Below are positions 19,323-27,919 of a DNA stretch of 64,000 nucleotides, piece after piece (within the stretch, counting starts at the first letter, position 1; each line of letters opens with the position of its first letter). The notes beneath the pieces are model-generated. The model was not told the DNA's origin and made no database searches. It worked only from the letters and a program-made list of their open reading frames with translations. The stretch is taken from NCBI GenBank assembly GCA_965197585.1, contig OZ240215.1, positions 2,464,001 through 2,528,000 on the forward strand, in the 5' to 3' direction. This DNA is from Dehalococcoidia bacterium. GTDB taxonomy: Bacteria; Chloroflexota; Dehalococcoidia; Plut-88900. The position numbers and the translations under genes were made by a program.

Positions 19323-19387
19323 GTGAGAGGGGAATGGGGATGGATTCACGCCAGAGGCGCACTTACAGCCTGATCGGGGTTGGGAAT

Positions 19388-20442
19388 TGTAAGTGTTAGG
19401 TAATTCGTTGACAGATTGGTATAAGAGGCCAACACCAATCTGGAGGCGAAAATGCGAGACAACAGCAAGGACCTCACCCTTGAAAGGAACTACATTCAGA
19501 AGTGGCGATTCCTCATACAGGAATACCGATTGGTCAAGGCCAGGAAGCATCCCCGCTTCCGCTTTGCCCAAGACTTCTATGCCTTCCACGGCACTACACG
19601 TCAGACCTTTGCCAAGTACTACAACCGGTTCCTCCTCTCCCCCTCCGACGACTCCTTCTTCCCCCGTAAGCGGGGCCCAATTGGAAGAGCCGCCGTACCC
19701 TGCCCTACATAGAGCAGAAGGTTCTCAGCGAATGCTTCAACGGTACCAATCGCTACGAGATATATGCCATACTCAAGCCCATCCTCAAACAGCACACCCC
19801 TAAGCCCTCTACCATCTACGCCATCACCAGACGCCACGGTGTTAATAGGCTCACAAAGCCGATGCAGCAATCGAAGCGCAAGATCATCAAGACCCGGGCA
19901 GGGGAGTTGGGGCACCTGGACAGCCACCACCTCAGCCGGGACCTCCTGGTAGACTCCAAGCGCCGTTACTACCTGGTAGCCCTCATCGACGCCTGCACCC
20001 GCTTGGCCTGGGCCGAAGTGGTCGGAGACATCAAGAGCCTTTCTGTGATGTTCGCAACCCTGAAATCCATCAACTTCCTTAATGCGGAGTACGGCATCAA
20101 ATTCGAGGCCATCCTCACCGACAATGGCCCTGAGATGGCCTCGCCCAGGAACATTGAGGGCCACCCCATGGAACGGATGCTCAATGAGCTGGGCATCAAG
20201 CACCGCTACACACGCCCTTATAGGCCCCAGACCAACGGGAAGATAGAGCGGTTCTGGAGAACCCTGAACGAGGACCTGCTGGAGGGGACCACCTTCGAGT
20301 CGGTGGCAGAGCTGCGGGACGAACTGCAGCAATATCTGCTCTACTACAATACCCAGAGACCCCACCAGGCAATGGACGGAAAGACCCCTTTGGAGACCCT
20401 TCAATCCCTCTAATTCTGTCAACGAATTATCTGACATTTACA
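19388..20442 (+). mobile_element. IS481-family insertion sequence
   Basis: 28-bp imperfect TIRs (TGTAAGTGTTAGGTAATTCGTTGACAGA vs reverse complement of right end TGTAAATGTCAGATAATTCGTTGACAGA), GGAAT duplicated on both sides, rve/DDE transposase inside. Confidence 0.88.
19452..20413 (+). pseudogene. IS481-family transposase split by a frameshift near 19680
   Basis: The N-terminal ORF (19452-19712) continues in the -1 frame (NWKSRRTLPYIEQKVL...) into the integrase core (HLD, TDNGPE, PQTNGKIERF, YNTQRPH). Confidence 0.82.
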
Positions 20443-20621
20443 GGAATGACGGATGGAGGGAGAAGAAGGATGTAATGGCAACGAATGAGGTGGTATATGG
20501 GGGAGATGCTGTAGATTCCTCGCGGGGCCTCGGGATGGGAGGGGGGTGGGGTGAGGGTGATCCGAGTTCCGAAATAGTAGTTGTCCAAAGGTCCCTCGAT
20601 AGGTGAGGGTGAAAGAGTCCT

Positions 20622-21752
20622 CTACACCCCCAGCTTATACAACTCCACCGCATTCCCCCCAAACACCTTCAACTGGTCCTCCTCCGACAAGCCCGCCAGA
20701 TTCTCCTCCAACTCCCTCACCGGGTCGAGAATCGAGTCCGAGTGGGGAAAATCGTAGGCCCACATGAACTTGTCCGCGCCTAAGACCTCGATGCTGAATT
20801 TGGCCAGCCTCTCATCCGGGTCCATCGATATGAACCCCTGCCGCTTGAAGTAGGTGCTCGGGACTTCCTGCATCGGCGTAGTAAACCCGTTGACCTCGAA
20901 CTTCTCGTCGAGCCTGTCCAGCCACCACACCAGCCACCCGATACCCGCCTCCAGGATCACGACGTTCAGGTCTGGAAACTTGTCGAACGTACCATGATTG
21001 AAGAGACTGGTGAAGTTCATCTTCACGTTCTCGCCCCCGTGGATGTTCACCCACCAGACCGTCAGCTCTTCCCTGTTGGGATACGCCACCGCGGTCAGAG
21101 ACCCCTTCCCCGTCGACGGGTGAATGGTTATCGGCATGTCCATTGACTGGGCCTCTACCCAGAACGGGTCGTAATACGAGTGCCCGTAGGTCTTGCCCTC
21201 GTGAAAGTCCGACCCCACCATCATTGCCTTAGCCCCGAGCCCCGCAGTCCGCTGCATCTCCTTGATAGCCTCATCGACGTCGCCCATCGGGATGTGCGCG
21301 ACCGGTACCAGCCGCTCCGGCGCACCGCCACAGAAGTCGAAGATCCAGTTGTTGTATGCCCGGCAATTGGCCGCCGCCACCTTCAAGTCGTCGCAGTCGT
21401 ACTCCCACATCAGCCCCAGCGACGGATACACCATCGTGACGTCGATTCGCTCGGCGTCCATCACCTTCACCCGTTCGCCGGAGATGTACCCTCCCGGGAC
21501 CATCGCCTCCTCCCAAGAGATCCGGCCCGGCTCCAGATACGGCCTCACGTCCTGCCCGATAGCCCCCAGCGCACCCAACGACCCCCCTCGCCCGAAGTAC
21601 GACTTCTTCCCGTCTACATTGAGATACTCCAGCCCGTCCTCATCCTCCGATATCCTCAACGCATGCTCCCGGTACTCCGGCTCGATATAGTCAAGCCACA
21701 GGTTCGCCGGCTCCATGATGTGTCCGTCTATATCCACAAACTTCGCTGTCAC
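20622..21752 (-). CDS. Amidohydrolase_2 family protein
   Basis: DIDGHIMEP, WAYDFPH; close paralog of 15526 and 16938. Confidence 0.92.
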   Translation of the reverse strand: MTAKFVDIDGHIMEPANLWLDYIEPEYREHALRISEDEDGLEYLNVDGKKSYFGRGGSLGALGAIGQDVRPYLEPGRISWEEAMVPGGYISGERVKVMDAERIDVTMVYPSLGLMWEYDCDDLKVAAANCRAYNNWIFDFCGGAPERLVPVAHIPMGDVDEAIKEMQRTAGLGAKAMMVGSDFHEGKTYGHSYYDPFWVEAQSMDMPITIHPSTGKGSLTAVAYPNREELTVWWVNIHGGENVKMNFTSLFNHGTFDKFPDLNVVILEAGIGWLVWWLDRLDEKFEVNGFTTPMQEVPSTYFKRQGFISMDPDERLAKFSIEVLGADKFMWAYDFPHSDSILDPVRELEENLAGLSEEDQLKVFGGNAVELYKLGV

Positions 21753-21806
21753 TTCTCAACTCCTATTGGGAATCGCACGACAAGCCGATACGGGGGCAAT
21801 TGGTGA

Positions 21807-22739
21807 CTAAAACACCGCCAACGGATTCGCCGGACTCCCCGTCGCCCCCCGAAACCTGAGCGGCGCAACCACCATCATGAACTCCCACCGACCCCGCTCC
21901 GCACACGCCTGCGCCACCTCTTCAAGGTTCATGTTGTCGATCAGCCACAACCCCAGCGCCGGTATCCCGACCATGTGGATGGGCTCCCCGATGTTTGGAT
22001 ACCCGCTGGGGGAGACTTCGTTGTTCTGGTCGCCGCCCAGCATCGCTATGCCCCTTTCACGGAACCACGGCAAACACGACACATGTGGCCCAGGCCTCGG
22101 GTCCGACGTATCCGTTACGATGCCGTCGTAGTACCGAGCCAGGTGCCCCGTCCGAATGAGTAGTACGTCCCCCGACTCCACTCTCACACCCTCCGACGCC
22201 TCCGCCTCTTCCAGAATGTCAGGCGTAATCGCCACCGGGGATTCGATCCGGTCCTCGCCCCGCAGCCGGGCTATGTCCAGCAGCACCCCCCTCGTCACCA
22301 CCCCCTGAGAAAGCAGAGTGATCGACTCCGCTTCCGCCCCATTCTCGCTGTTCACCAGGGTGGATGGGAGACCGTTGTACATCTTCCCGCCGGTGAACAC
22401 GTGACACAGCGCGTCCACGTGGGTGATGCAATTGCCGTGATAAGCCATCCCCAGGAAGTCCCCCGACCAAGTGGCATCGGCGCCCGCCTCCCCCGTTGCC
22501 ACCATGTAGTGCAGCACCCGGGACGTGTGCTCCCCCGGCATATCCGTCTTGATAGTCCAGGCGCAGGACACCGACACCCCATCCTTCACCAGTCCCCCCG
22601 CCTGCCGCCTCTTCTCCTCCGTCACCAGGTTCAGCGTCCCCAGCTGGTCCTCCGGCCCCCAGCGCCCCCAATTCGAGCATGTATCGGCATACCCCAGCAC
22701 CTCTTCTTCGGTCGGTAAACGAGCTTCTGCCATCTTCAT
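21807..22739 (-). CDS. Cyclase family (kynurenine formamidase-like) metal-dependent hydrolase
   Basis: NWGRWG.EDQLGTLN, HG..THVDALCH, GDVLLIRTG, GATGSPANP. Confidence 0.88.
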   Translation of the reverse strand: MKMAEARLPTEEEVLGYADTCSNWGRWGPEDQLGTLNLVTEEKRRQAGGLVKDGVSVSCAWTIKTDMPGEHTSRVLHYMVATGEAGADATWSGDFLGMAYHGNCITHVDALCHVFTGGKMYNGLPSTLVNSENGAEAESITLLSQGVVTRGVLLDIARLRGEDRIESPVAITPDILEEAEASEGVRVESGDVLLIRTGHLARYYDGIVTDTSDPRPGPHVSCLPWFRERGIAMLGGDQNNEVSPSGYPNIGEPIHMVGIPALGLWLIDNMNLEEVAQACAERGRWEFMMVVAPLRFRGATGSPANPLAVF

Positions 22740-22849
22740 TCTCCAGACTCGACCAATAACGGGCCGAAAAGCGGTTGTCTCATATTAGGTACACAGTTGC
22801 CCATGTCAAGGCAGGTGTCCGTCATTGTCCCGTATAGTACACTGGATAA

Positions 22850-23407
22850 ATGCAAGCCCCCGTCACCCGAAAATCGGGCCGCAAGATGGACCTCCATCTC
22901 CTCCAGATGGCCGAGTTTATCGGCTTCACTGAGGATGACACCCAGCTAATCCGGTCCACCGGCCCGACTGTCTTGGCCCGCGCCGACGAGGTCACAAAGG
23001 TCGTTTACGACCATCTCCTCGAACAGCCCGGCACCCACGATTTCTTCCGAAAACCCGACGGCTCCATCGACGAGGAGCGCGTCGAGAACCGGCGCAAGGG
23101 CCTCGCCCGATGGCTCACCCGAACCGCCGACGCCAAGCTCGACTACTCATTCGCCTGGCACATGGTCGCGATGGGCATCGCCCACAGCCACCGTATGCAA
23201 AAGCCGATGGGCCGGGTCCCGGGGCCTTTCATGGTCGGCACAATGAGCTTCGTCCAGACCACCGTCAGCACCATTCTGCTCGAAGACCTGGAAAACAAGG
23301 ACCTCGCCATCCGGGCCGGCATCGCCTGGAACAAGCTGCTGATGCTGGAGCTGGACCTGCTCCTCACAGGCTACTACTCCGCCACCCCACCCCCCGACAG
23401 CCAGTGA
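22850..23407 (+). CDS. Single-domain protoglobin / sensor-type globin
   Basis: FIGFTEDD, VYDHL (B10 Tyr), G.AH proximal His, AWNKLL; no signalling domain fused. Confidence 0.8.
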   Translation: MQAPVTRKSGRKMDLHLLQMAEFIGFTEDDTQLIRSTGPTVLARADEVTKVVYDHLLEQPGTHDFFRKPDGSIDEERVENRRKGLARWLTRTADAKLDYSFAWHMVAMGIAHSHRMQKPMGRVPGPFMVGTMSFVQTTVSTILLEDLENKDLAIRAGIAWNKLLMLELDLLLTGYYSATPPPDSQ

Positions 23408-23709
23408 CCTACCTGGAAAACTTCAAGACACAACGCTTCCAGAATCCGGGAGATGAGGGTGGGCCTCCACTCTTCAGCCCCGGGGCCCGGGTCCGCATAA
23501 CCCTCTACCCCGTCGACTCCACCCTCGTCGGACAAACGGGCTCCGTCCGCTCCCTCCGCGGCCGATACGGCAGCCGAGCCTCTGAAGCCAGCACTGGCGC
23601 CATGCTCGCCTCCCCCGGCGAATACCTCTACGAAATCACCCTCGACATCCCACCCCTCAACAAACCCAAAACAATCTCCGTCCGAGAATCCGGCCTGAAT
23701 CCCCTCTGA
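23404..23709 (+). CDS. Small protein, possible SH3/KOW-like beta-barrel, coupled to the globin
   Basis: GTG start overlaps the globin TGA (GTGA); FSPGARVRI...GQTGSV...YLYEITLD...VRESGL pattern. Confidence 0.6.
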   Translation: MTYLENFKTQRFQNPGDEGGPPLFSPGARVRITLYPVDSTLVGQTGSVRSLRGRYGSRASEASTGAMLASPGEYLYEITLDIPPLNKPKTISVRESGLNPL

Positions 23710-23937
23710 CCCGCCATCCCCTCCGTTTTTCCCGTCATACCAGCCCTTGAACCGGGTCGTGAAGTACGACCTTTCCATTCCCAGGAGTGGGGTATTCCGC
23801 TCGCCCTGAGCCGAGTCGAAGGGTCTCAAGAGCGGAATGGGGGGTGAGTCCCGCCTCTACACCTTGAGTCACGCAAAGATCCTTCGAAGGAAGAAGGCTA
23901 GGGCCCTGGCCTCGCTGAAAAGAGTGAGCGTAATCCC

Positions 23938-24675
23938 CTATCCCGGCTTGACCGCCACAATGTCCATGTCCCGGACAGCCTCCGGATAACAGGCAGACTG
24001 CTTGTCCGACATTATCCGCACTTCCTCAAATCCCGCCGACTTTAACCGAGCCAGGTACGTTTCCTTCAAGTCTGCCCCGCTGACGCAGGACACCCACTGG
24101 GCCATGTCGGATTGCACTTCCGGTGGCAGCGCCTCCCAAAGGACCATGTCTGAGATGTACATCCTTCCGCCGGGTTTCAGAATCCGGTACGCCTCCCGGA
24201 ACACCGCATCCTTGTCTGGGGCCAGGGTGATAACGCAGTTGGATATGATCACGTCCACCGTGTTCTCTTCAAGGGGTGTGCGCTCCATCTCGGCAAGGTG
24301 AAACTCCACATTCGCCAAGCCGAGCTTGTCCCGGTTCTTGTTTGCGAGGGCGATCATGTCGGGCGTCATGTCGATCCCGATAACCCGTCCCCCACCCCCA
24401 ACCTGCTGTGCCGCGAGGAAGCAGTCGATGCCGCCTCCGCTCCCGAAATCCACCACCGTCTCCCCTGCCTTCAGCGATGCCAGAGCCGTCGGGTTTCCGC
24501 ACCCCGCCGATGCCTGCACGGCCTCGCTCGGCAGTGCCGCTACCTCCTCCTCGCTATATAGTGCCATCTCGGGAGACGTGCCCGCCTGGCCTATCTGGGA
24601 CCTCGCCCCCCGGGCCAGGCCCCCGTAGTGCTCCTTCACCACCTCTTTGATCTTCTTTTCGTCGATGTTCACCAT
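23938..24675 (-). CDS. arsM: Arsenite S-adenosylmethionine methyltransferase-like
   Basis: GCGNP, DFGSGGGID, GIDMT, ISNCVI, W..C..GA. Confidence 0.85.
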   Translation of the reverse strand: MVNIDEKKIKEVVKEHYGGLARGARSQIGQAGTSPEMALYSEEEVAALPSEAVQASAGCGNPTALASLKAGETVVDFGSGGGIDCFLAAQQVGGGGRVIGIDMTPDMIALANKNRDKLGLANVEFHLAEMERTPLEENTVDVIISNCVITLAPDKDAVFREAYRILKPGGRMYISDMVLWEALPPEVQSDMAQWVSCVSGADLKETYLARLKSAGFEEVRIMSDKQSACYPEAVRDMDIVAVKPG

Positions 24676-24722
24676 GTATTTATCCTCCTCTTGAGTCGGT
24701 CCTCATTACAAGCGGGTTGCAG

Positions 24723-25115
24723 TTAATCAACTCCCGCTTTCTTAAAATCGACGCCCGCGTTCCTGACAGATTGCTCCAGATAGGGAAGTAGCCGAGCCCA
24801 GACTCCGGCTGCTGTCCTGTGGGCCTCTCTGCCGGAGTCCGTAAGCTCGCATACCTTCCTGAGCCGTCCCCCGATTACTTCTTCCCTGCTCGCAATGTGG
24901 CCGCTCTCGGTCATTTCCTTGATGGTAGGGTAAATCATGCCTGAAGTCGGCTTGCTCCACCCCTCACAGCAGCTTTCTATGCTGGCAGCGAGCTCATAGC
25001 CGTGCATCGGCCGCTCGGCCAGCATCCCCAGTAGAAAGTAACGGGAAACACTCTTCTTGATTAGGTTTTCCCAGTATTCTTCCGTCTCGATGTGAGAACG
25101 TGTCTTCGAAAGCAT
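24723..25115 (-). CDS. PadR-family transcriptional regulator
   Basis: RPMHGYEL, G.IYP, RKV.ELT.SG. Confidence 0.88.
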   Translation of the reverse strand: MLSKTRSHIETEEYWENLIKKSVSRYFLLGMLAERPMHGYELAASIESCCEGWSKPTSGMIYPTIKEMTESGHIASREEVIGGRLRKVCELTDSGREAHRTAAGVWARLLPYLEQSVRNAGVDFKKAGVD

Positions 25116-25280
25116 ATATCTCCTTACTATATATATCTATCATCTATATTAACGGAGTCCCACGACTTGTCAACCTGCTGGTCTCCCGAGAGGTCCTGGC
25201 CCCTTGAATTGGAATTCAATGAAACACTCTCCCTGTGGTAAGATTCACCCGTCCCGACCCATCACTCAGGAGGTGCACCG

Positions 25281-25610
25281 ATGATCTACGAGATGCGAAG
25301 ATACGAGGCCACGCCCGGCAAAATGGCCGCACTCAACGAGGTTATGGAAAGCCTTGCCGTACCGGTCTTCGAAAAGGTCGGCATGAGGTTGGTCGGGGCC
25401 TGGACTCCCGTGGCCGGAGACTACACCAATGCCCTTTCCTACATGCTCGCCTGGGAGTCCCTCAACGAGCGCGAAGAGAAGTGGCAGGACTTCTTCAACC
25501 ACCCCGATTGGCTCGCCGGACGCGAAGATGTCGGCAAGAAGCACGGCGCGATCGTCTCCCGGGAGTTCCACACATTCCTCGGCCCGACCTCCTACTCCCC
25601 CCTCAAGTAA
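25281..25610 (+). CDS. NIPSNAP family protein
   Basis: IYEMRRY...PGK, VGAW, W.S...R...W..F..HPDW, P.SYSPLK; AGGAGG RBS. Confidence 0.88.
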   Translation: MIYEMRRYEATPGKMAALNEVMESLAVPVFEKVGMRLVGAWTPVAGDYTNALSYMLAWESLNEREEKWQDFFNHPDWLAGREDVGKKHGAIVSREFHTFLGPTSYSPLK

Positions 25611-25753
25611 CCCCCATCCCCTCTCCCTCCATCTCATCGCCTGGCCTTTTCGCAAGAGGTGGGGATGAAGTCCTGTCCCCTCTCCCTTGACGGGAGAGGG
25701 CTAGGGTGAGGGTGAATGAAAAGTAGACGCGCCTGAAATTAGGCGAACACGCA

Positions 25754-26827
25754 ATGAACACCACCCCCCTCCACCCAGCCCACCTATCCCTGGACGCCCA
25801 GATGATCGAGTTCGGCGGCTGGGACATGCCCGCCCGCTACGGCTCCCCCATCCAGGAACACCACGCCGTTCGCTCCCTCGCCGGCATGTTCGACGTCTCC
25901 CATATGGGCAGGCTCTTCCTCGATGGATCCGACGCTGAGGCCCTCGCCGACTCCGTTGTTACCGCCGACGTCACCTCCATCTCGACCGGCCACGCCCGCT
26001 ACTGCATGGCCTGCAACCCTGATGGCGGCATCCTCGACGATCTCATTGTCTACCGGCTCCCGGATGAGCGCATCTTCATCGTTTGCAACGCCTCCAACCG
26101 GGACGTTATCGTCCAAACCTTGACCAATAGGCTCTCCGACTTCCCCAATGCCAACATGGTCGACAGTACTCGGGAGACGACCATGATCGCCGTCCAGGGC
26201 CCGAGCGCCGCATCTATCGTACAGTCCCTTCTACCCTTCAACCCCGACAACGCACCAATCTTCTCCATCGCCGTCCCAACTCCTGATACCTTCATCGCTC
26301 GCACCGGCTACACCGGAGAGGATGGAGTTGAAATCATCGTTAACGCCGACGCCGCCATCCCCCTGTGGGACCGGCTCCGGGACGCGGGTGTCGAACCATG
26401 CGGCCTCGTCGCCCGAGATAGCCTCCGTCTCGAAGCTTCCCTCCGGCTCTACGGTAACGACATGAACACCTCCGTAAACCCTTTCGAAGCCGGACTTGGC
26501 CGTTTCGTCGACCTCACAGCCGGTTCCTTCACCGGCAAAGACGCCCTGCTCAAGGTCAAGGAAGCAGGCCCCAAACGCAGGATAGTCGGTTTCACCATGG
26601 ACGCCCGAGGCATACCCCGGCACGGCCAGGCCATCCTCAACGATGGCCAAGCGGTCGGAGAGGTCACCAGCGGGGGTCGTGCCCCGAGCCTGAACAAGGA
26701 CATAGGCATGGGCTTCGTCCCCATAGACCTCGCCCGCAAGGGCACTAACATAGATATCGATATCCGCGGCCGCCACGTCCCCGCCACAGTGACGCCCATG
26801 CCCTTCTACCGTCGCCCGCTCCCTTGA
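25754..26827 (+). CDS. gcvT: Glycine cleavage system aminomethyltransferase T
   Basis: FGGWDMP, FDVSHMG, RTGYTGEDG, ARDSLRLEA, PFY C-terminus. Confidence 0.95.
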   Translation: MNTTPLHPAHLSLDAQMIEFGGWDMPARYGSPIQEHHAVRSLAGMFDVSHMGRLFLDGSDAEALADSVVTADVTSISTGHARYCMACNPDGGILDDLIVYRLPDERIFIVCNASNRDVIVQTLTNRLSDFPNANMVDSTRETTMIAVQGPSAASIVQSLLPFNPDNAPIFSIAVPTPDTFIARTGYTGEDGVEIIVNADAAIPLWDRLRDAGVEPCGLVARDSLRLEASLRLYGNDMNTSVNPFEAGLGRFVDLTAGSFTGKDALLKVKEAGPKRRIVGFTMDARGIPRHGQAILNDGQAVGEVTSGGRAPSLNKDIGMGFVPIDLARKGTNIDIDIRGRHVPATVTPMPFYRRPLP

Positions 26828-26900
26828 CCAAGCCTTCCTATTCGTTTGTGAGTCCAGGATTCCGTTACAATAGTCCAAAAGTACATAGATAGAGGACACG

Positions 26901-27101
26901 ATGATGAAGGTTACGGAATTGCAACGGGCCATTCTGGACCTGTCCGAGGCTGAATACACAGAGCTGGTTCGCTGGCTGCGAGATCAGGACTGGGAGCGAT
27001 GGGAGCGGGAGTTCGACCAGGACGTGCGAGCTGGCAGGCTGGACTTACTGGCAGGTAACGCTTTGGAGGCTAAAGCCAATGGCTGGCTCGAGGCTCTTTA
27101 G
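26901..27101 (+). CDS. Putative antitoxin
   Basis: 66 aa with the W.....D...G.LD pattern, directly upstream of a RelE/ParE-like gene. Confidence 0.7.
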   Translation: MMKVTELQRAILDLSEAEYTELVRWLRDQDWERWEREFDQDVRAGRLDLLAGNALEAKANGWLEAL

Positions 27102-27356
27102 GTGCACCGGACGGACCCACGCTTCCGCCAGCTCTTCCAGGAACTGCCTGAATCGGTGCAACGAACGGCTCGCCGGAACTTCGATCTCCTGAAAGCGAAT
27201 CCCAGACACCCTTCGTTGCGGTTCAGAAATGTTGGACGCTACTGGTCGGCCCGCGTGGGAGCCTCCTTCCGCGCAGTGGCAGTCAGAGAAGGCGCAGACT
27301 TCGTTTGGTTCTGGATTGGTGACCATGACGAGTACGCACGCGTGATTAGCCGGTAG
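27102..27356 (+). CDS. RelE/ParE-superfamily toxin
   Basis: F..LP..VQ, NPRHPSLRF, WSARVG..FRA, WFWIG.H..Y. Confidence 0.8.
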   Translation: MHRTDPRFRQLFQELPESVQRTARRNFDLLKANPRHPSLRFRNVGRYWSARVGASFRAVAVREGADFVWFWIGDHDEYARVISR

Positions 27357-27490
27357 AGATTGGGGATATCGTTGTCCCCATGCCCTTCTACCGCCACCCC
27401 AGGCCCGACGCCTAGCCGGATCTTGATGTTTCCCGCCATTTAGCGCAGAATCTGTTTGAGGGAGGGCCATCAGGCCTTGGCGGAGGAGAT

Positions 27491-27877
27491 ATGAACCCAA
27501 CCGACCGGAAGTACTCTAAAGAGCACGAATGGGTCAAGATCGAGTCCGGTGACGTAGCCCTCGTCGGTATTACCCATTTCGCCCAGGACCAGCTAGGCGA
27601 CATCGTGTTCGTCTACTTCCCCGATGACCTGGAAAACCTCGAGCAGTTTAAGTCCTTCGGAGAGATCGAATCCCCCAAGGCCGTCTCTGAGCTATTCGCT
27701 CCCGTCAGCGGCCAGATCATCGAGGTAAATGCCGAGCTCCAGGAGCGCCCCGAGCTCGTCAACGAGGAGCCTTACGAAGCCGGTTGGATGCTCAAAGTCC
27801 AACTCTCAGACACCTCCGAAATGGACAACCTCATGTCCGCCGACCAGTACGAAGCCCTCACCGCCGAGTCCGAGTAA
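27491..27877 (+). CDS. gcvH: Glycine cleavage system H protein
   Basis: YSKEHEW, GIT.FAQ.QLGD, IES.KAVS lipoyl-Lys, PELVN..PY..GW. Confidence 0.95.
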   Translation: MNPTDRKYSKEHEWVKIESGDVALVGITHFAQDQLGDIVFVYFPDDLENLEQFKSFGEIESPKAVSELFAPVSGQIIEVNAELQERPELVNEEPYEAGWMLKVQLSDTSEMDNLMSADQYEALTAESE

Positions 27878-27919
27878 AGCCAGCGCCAAACTCCCCTCAA
27901 CCGACAACGCTGATAAGCC

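Noticed and set aside
23938-24675. arsM as another selenoprotein
   Set aside because: The frame is open with ordinary Cys codons and no in-frame UGA.
25610-25754. Glycine riboswitch upstream of gcvT
   Set aside because: The region is occupied by palindromic repeats; no recognisable aptamer motifs.
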